IMG/VR virus record: IMGVR_UViG_3300049595_005065
Origin: a virus
Lineage: Duplodnaviria > Caudoviricetes
DNA length: 64,000 bases
Direction: 5' to 3' (one strand)
Shown here: positions 62,653-64,000 of the stretch, piece after piece
How the letters are laid out: every line of letters starts with the position of its first letter
How positions within the stretch are numbered: position 1 is the stretch's first letter
Translations under genes and position numbers: made by a program
The notes under the pieces: model-generated
The model's database searches: none
The model's input: only the letters and a program-made list of their open reading frames with translations
Told to the model about the DNA's origin: nothing

Positions 62653-63333
62653 ATGGGACGGATCCTTTACTGCACGGCGGTCTACAACCGCTGGGACACT
62701 TTTCAGGTCCTGCTAGAAAGTTTTCTCGCGCTTACGGCGCAGCCTGGTAACGAAACCGACCGGCTGCAGATTTACGATTGGGACGGTTCGGGCAAAGATA
62801 TCTATTCAAATTCGCCGCCCGGGGTTCACTACTACGCAGCGCATGAGTACGGCCACATCAACCGGGCCCACGCGCGCAACCAGTCCGTGCGGCTGGCGCA
62901 ACCGATGCTGGACGACCTGGTGTTTTTTGTGGACTGTGATATGGTGCTGCCAGCAGACTTCTCCGAGCGCGTGCGCACCCATGTCAAGCCTGGCCAGGCC
63001 TACTTCCCAATTTGTTACTCGCTCTACGAGGGCGCGCCGCAGGTGGTCACCGAGGACGGGCGGCCCTATCGCCGCGCGCCAGGTTCCACGGCAAACGGCT
63101 GGTGGCGGGAAAGCGGCCGGGGAAATTGCGGTTTTGTGGCGGACGACTTCTTCAAGCTGGGCGGCTGGGACGGCCAGCGGTGGGGCGCGCGGTACGGTCG
63201 CGAAGACGACGATGTGTACTGGCGCGCGCATCAAAGCATGACGATTTACCGGGAGCGTGTCCCCGGCTTCTTCCACCAGTGGCACCCCAAGCCGCCGGAA
63301 GAACAAAATCCTTCCACGAAGGGAAAATCATGA
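62653..63333 (+). CDS. glycosyltransferase (GT2/GT7-like, galactosyltransferase C-terminal domain)
   Basis: NRAHARN, FFVDCDM (DxD), F.KLGGWD...WG...EDDD. Confidence 0.8.
   Translation: MGRILYCTAVYNRWDTFQVLLESFLALTAQPGNETDRLQIYDWDGSGKDIYSNSPPGVHYYAAHEYGHINRAHARNQSVRLAQPMLDDLVFFVDCDMVLPADFSERVRTHVKPGQAYFPICYSLYEGAPQVVTEDGRPYRRAPGSTANGWWRESGRGNCGFVADDFFKLGGWDGQRWGARYGREDDDVYWRAHQSMTIYRERVPGFFHQWHPKPPEEQNPSTKGKS
62794..62805. repeat. dispersed palindrome site AAAGATATCTAT
   Basis: Exact; encodes KDIY. Confidence 0.9.
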
Positions 63334-63974
63334 CGATTGGTTACAAAAAGAAAGACAGTAACGGCCCGCTGTATCACCCGGAGCGGGATTACGCCTACAT
63401 CACGCCGACCCTGATGAAGACAGCGATCGAGAACCTCGAGGCGCCGTCGACAGAGTTTCGCCAGTGGAAAGAAAACAACGAGATTTCCGAGGCTGAAATC
63501 ATCGCCGTCGCCGAGGCCCTTGCTGACGCGCAGCGTGATTTCGTCAACGGCGCAGACCCGGTTGATTCACTGGAAAAAGCGCTCGCCCGCCACGGCTGGT
63601 TTAAAGTGCGCCTGACTGTGCGGCTTTATTTGTTGGCAATGATCGGCGAGGTCATGATCGGCGCCTGGTTCAAGGCCGTGCGCGAGGTCACCGAGGTCGG
63701 CGAGGAAAGCCCGGCCCAGAACGAGATGTGCCGCTTTGCGGGTGCCGTACGGGAGTTTGCTGCGCGGGCAGGCGCTCCCGTTATCGATTCCAACGTCACC
63801 GCCCAGCACCTGCTCTTCCAAAACGACCTGCTCCGCGCCCGCATGGCGGTGCTTCACGAGGAGACCAGGCGCTGGCGCGATCGCGCGCTCAACGCCGAGG
63901 AGCAGATCAGCAGGCTGCAGCGCGACCGTTTTCGGCCGTGGTGGAAGAAGCTCATGGGCATCAGGGAGGCATAA
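63330..63974 (+). CDS. hypothetical protein with C-terminal coiled coil
   Basis: ATG 63330 (ATGA coupling); ends RPWWKKLMG. Confidence 0.75.
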   Translation: MTIGYKKKDSNGPLYHPERDYAYITPTLMKTAIENLEAPSTEFRQWKENNEISEAEIIAVAEALADAQRDFVNGADPVDSLEKALARHGWFKVRLTVRLYLLAMIGEVMIGAWFKAVREVTEVGEESPAQNEMCRFAGAVREFAARAGAPVIDSNVTAQHLLFQNDLLRARMAVLHEETRRWRDRALNAEEQISRLQRDRFRPWWKKLMGIREA

Positions 63975-64000
63975 GTGGCCAAGTACAGGATGTACAAGGA

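Noticed and set aside
1-64000. CRISPR array, intein or group I intron in terminase, helicases or polymerase
   Set aside because: No repeat-spacer pattern; the ORFs are uninterrupted and of expected size, with no intein motifs seen.
63975-64000. Possible GTG start of a further CDS at the window edge
   Set aside because: Only 26 nt are visible, too little to support a call.

Overview
This 64 kb window is a gene-dense segment of a large, high-GC (roughly 60-65% by eye) tailed dsDNA phage genome, and I saw no clear bacterial housekeeping genes. A Planctomycetota host is likely (inference). The evidence is a DUF1257-DUF2997-AAA ATPase-DUF3150 module with its usual small downstream partner, plus tandem planctomycete-type HTH proteins. 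About 110 CDS lie almost all on the + strand; only the lambda-GpA-like large terminase (3774-5699) and a tyrosine recombinase (7839-8750) are on the - strand. The left ~38 kb is mostly small accessory genes, with ADP-heptose genes hldD and hldE, a ParB-like protein, an HTH/DHS-like fusion and two tRNA genes. The right ~26 kb is a replication/recombination operon (SbcD/SbcC-like nuclease, SF2 helicase, DnaB-like helicase, primase, UDG-fused family A polymerase, putative SSB, RecA-like protein) followed by glycosyltransferases. Best leads: (1) a 12-bp palindrome, AWAGATATCTWT, recurs every 2-6 kb (14 exact copies, about 19 with near-matches), at gene junctions and in all three coding frames. (2) A ~190-nt intergenic element (37742-37930) joins a tRNA-Met(CAU)-like anticodon arm, an exact 15-nt copy of the 16S rRNA decoding-site sequence and an anticodon-less tRNA-like cloverleaf. 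(3) An IS110/Nop-like protein and a RAMP/Cas7-like protein sit inside the replication operon with no visible CRISPR or TIGR array. (4) Four gene-end hairpins share an identical U-GUGU-A loop. Family names come from motif recall, not database searches, and motif counts were made by eye.
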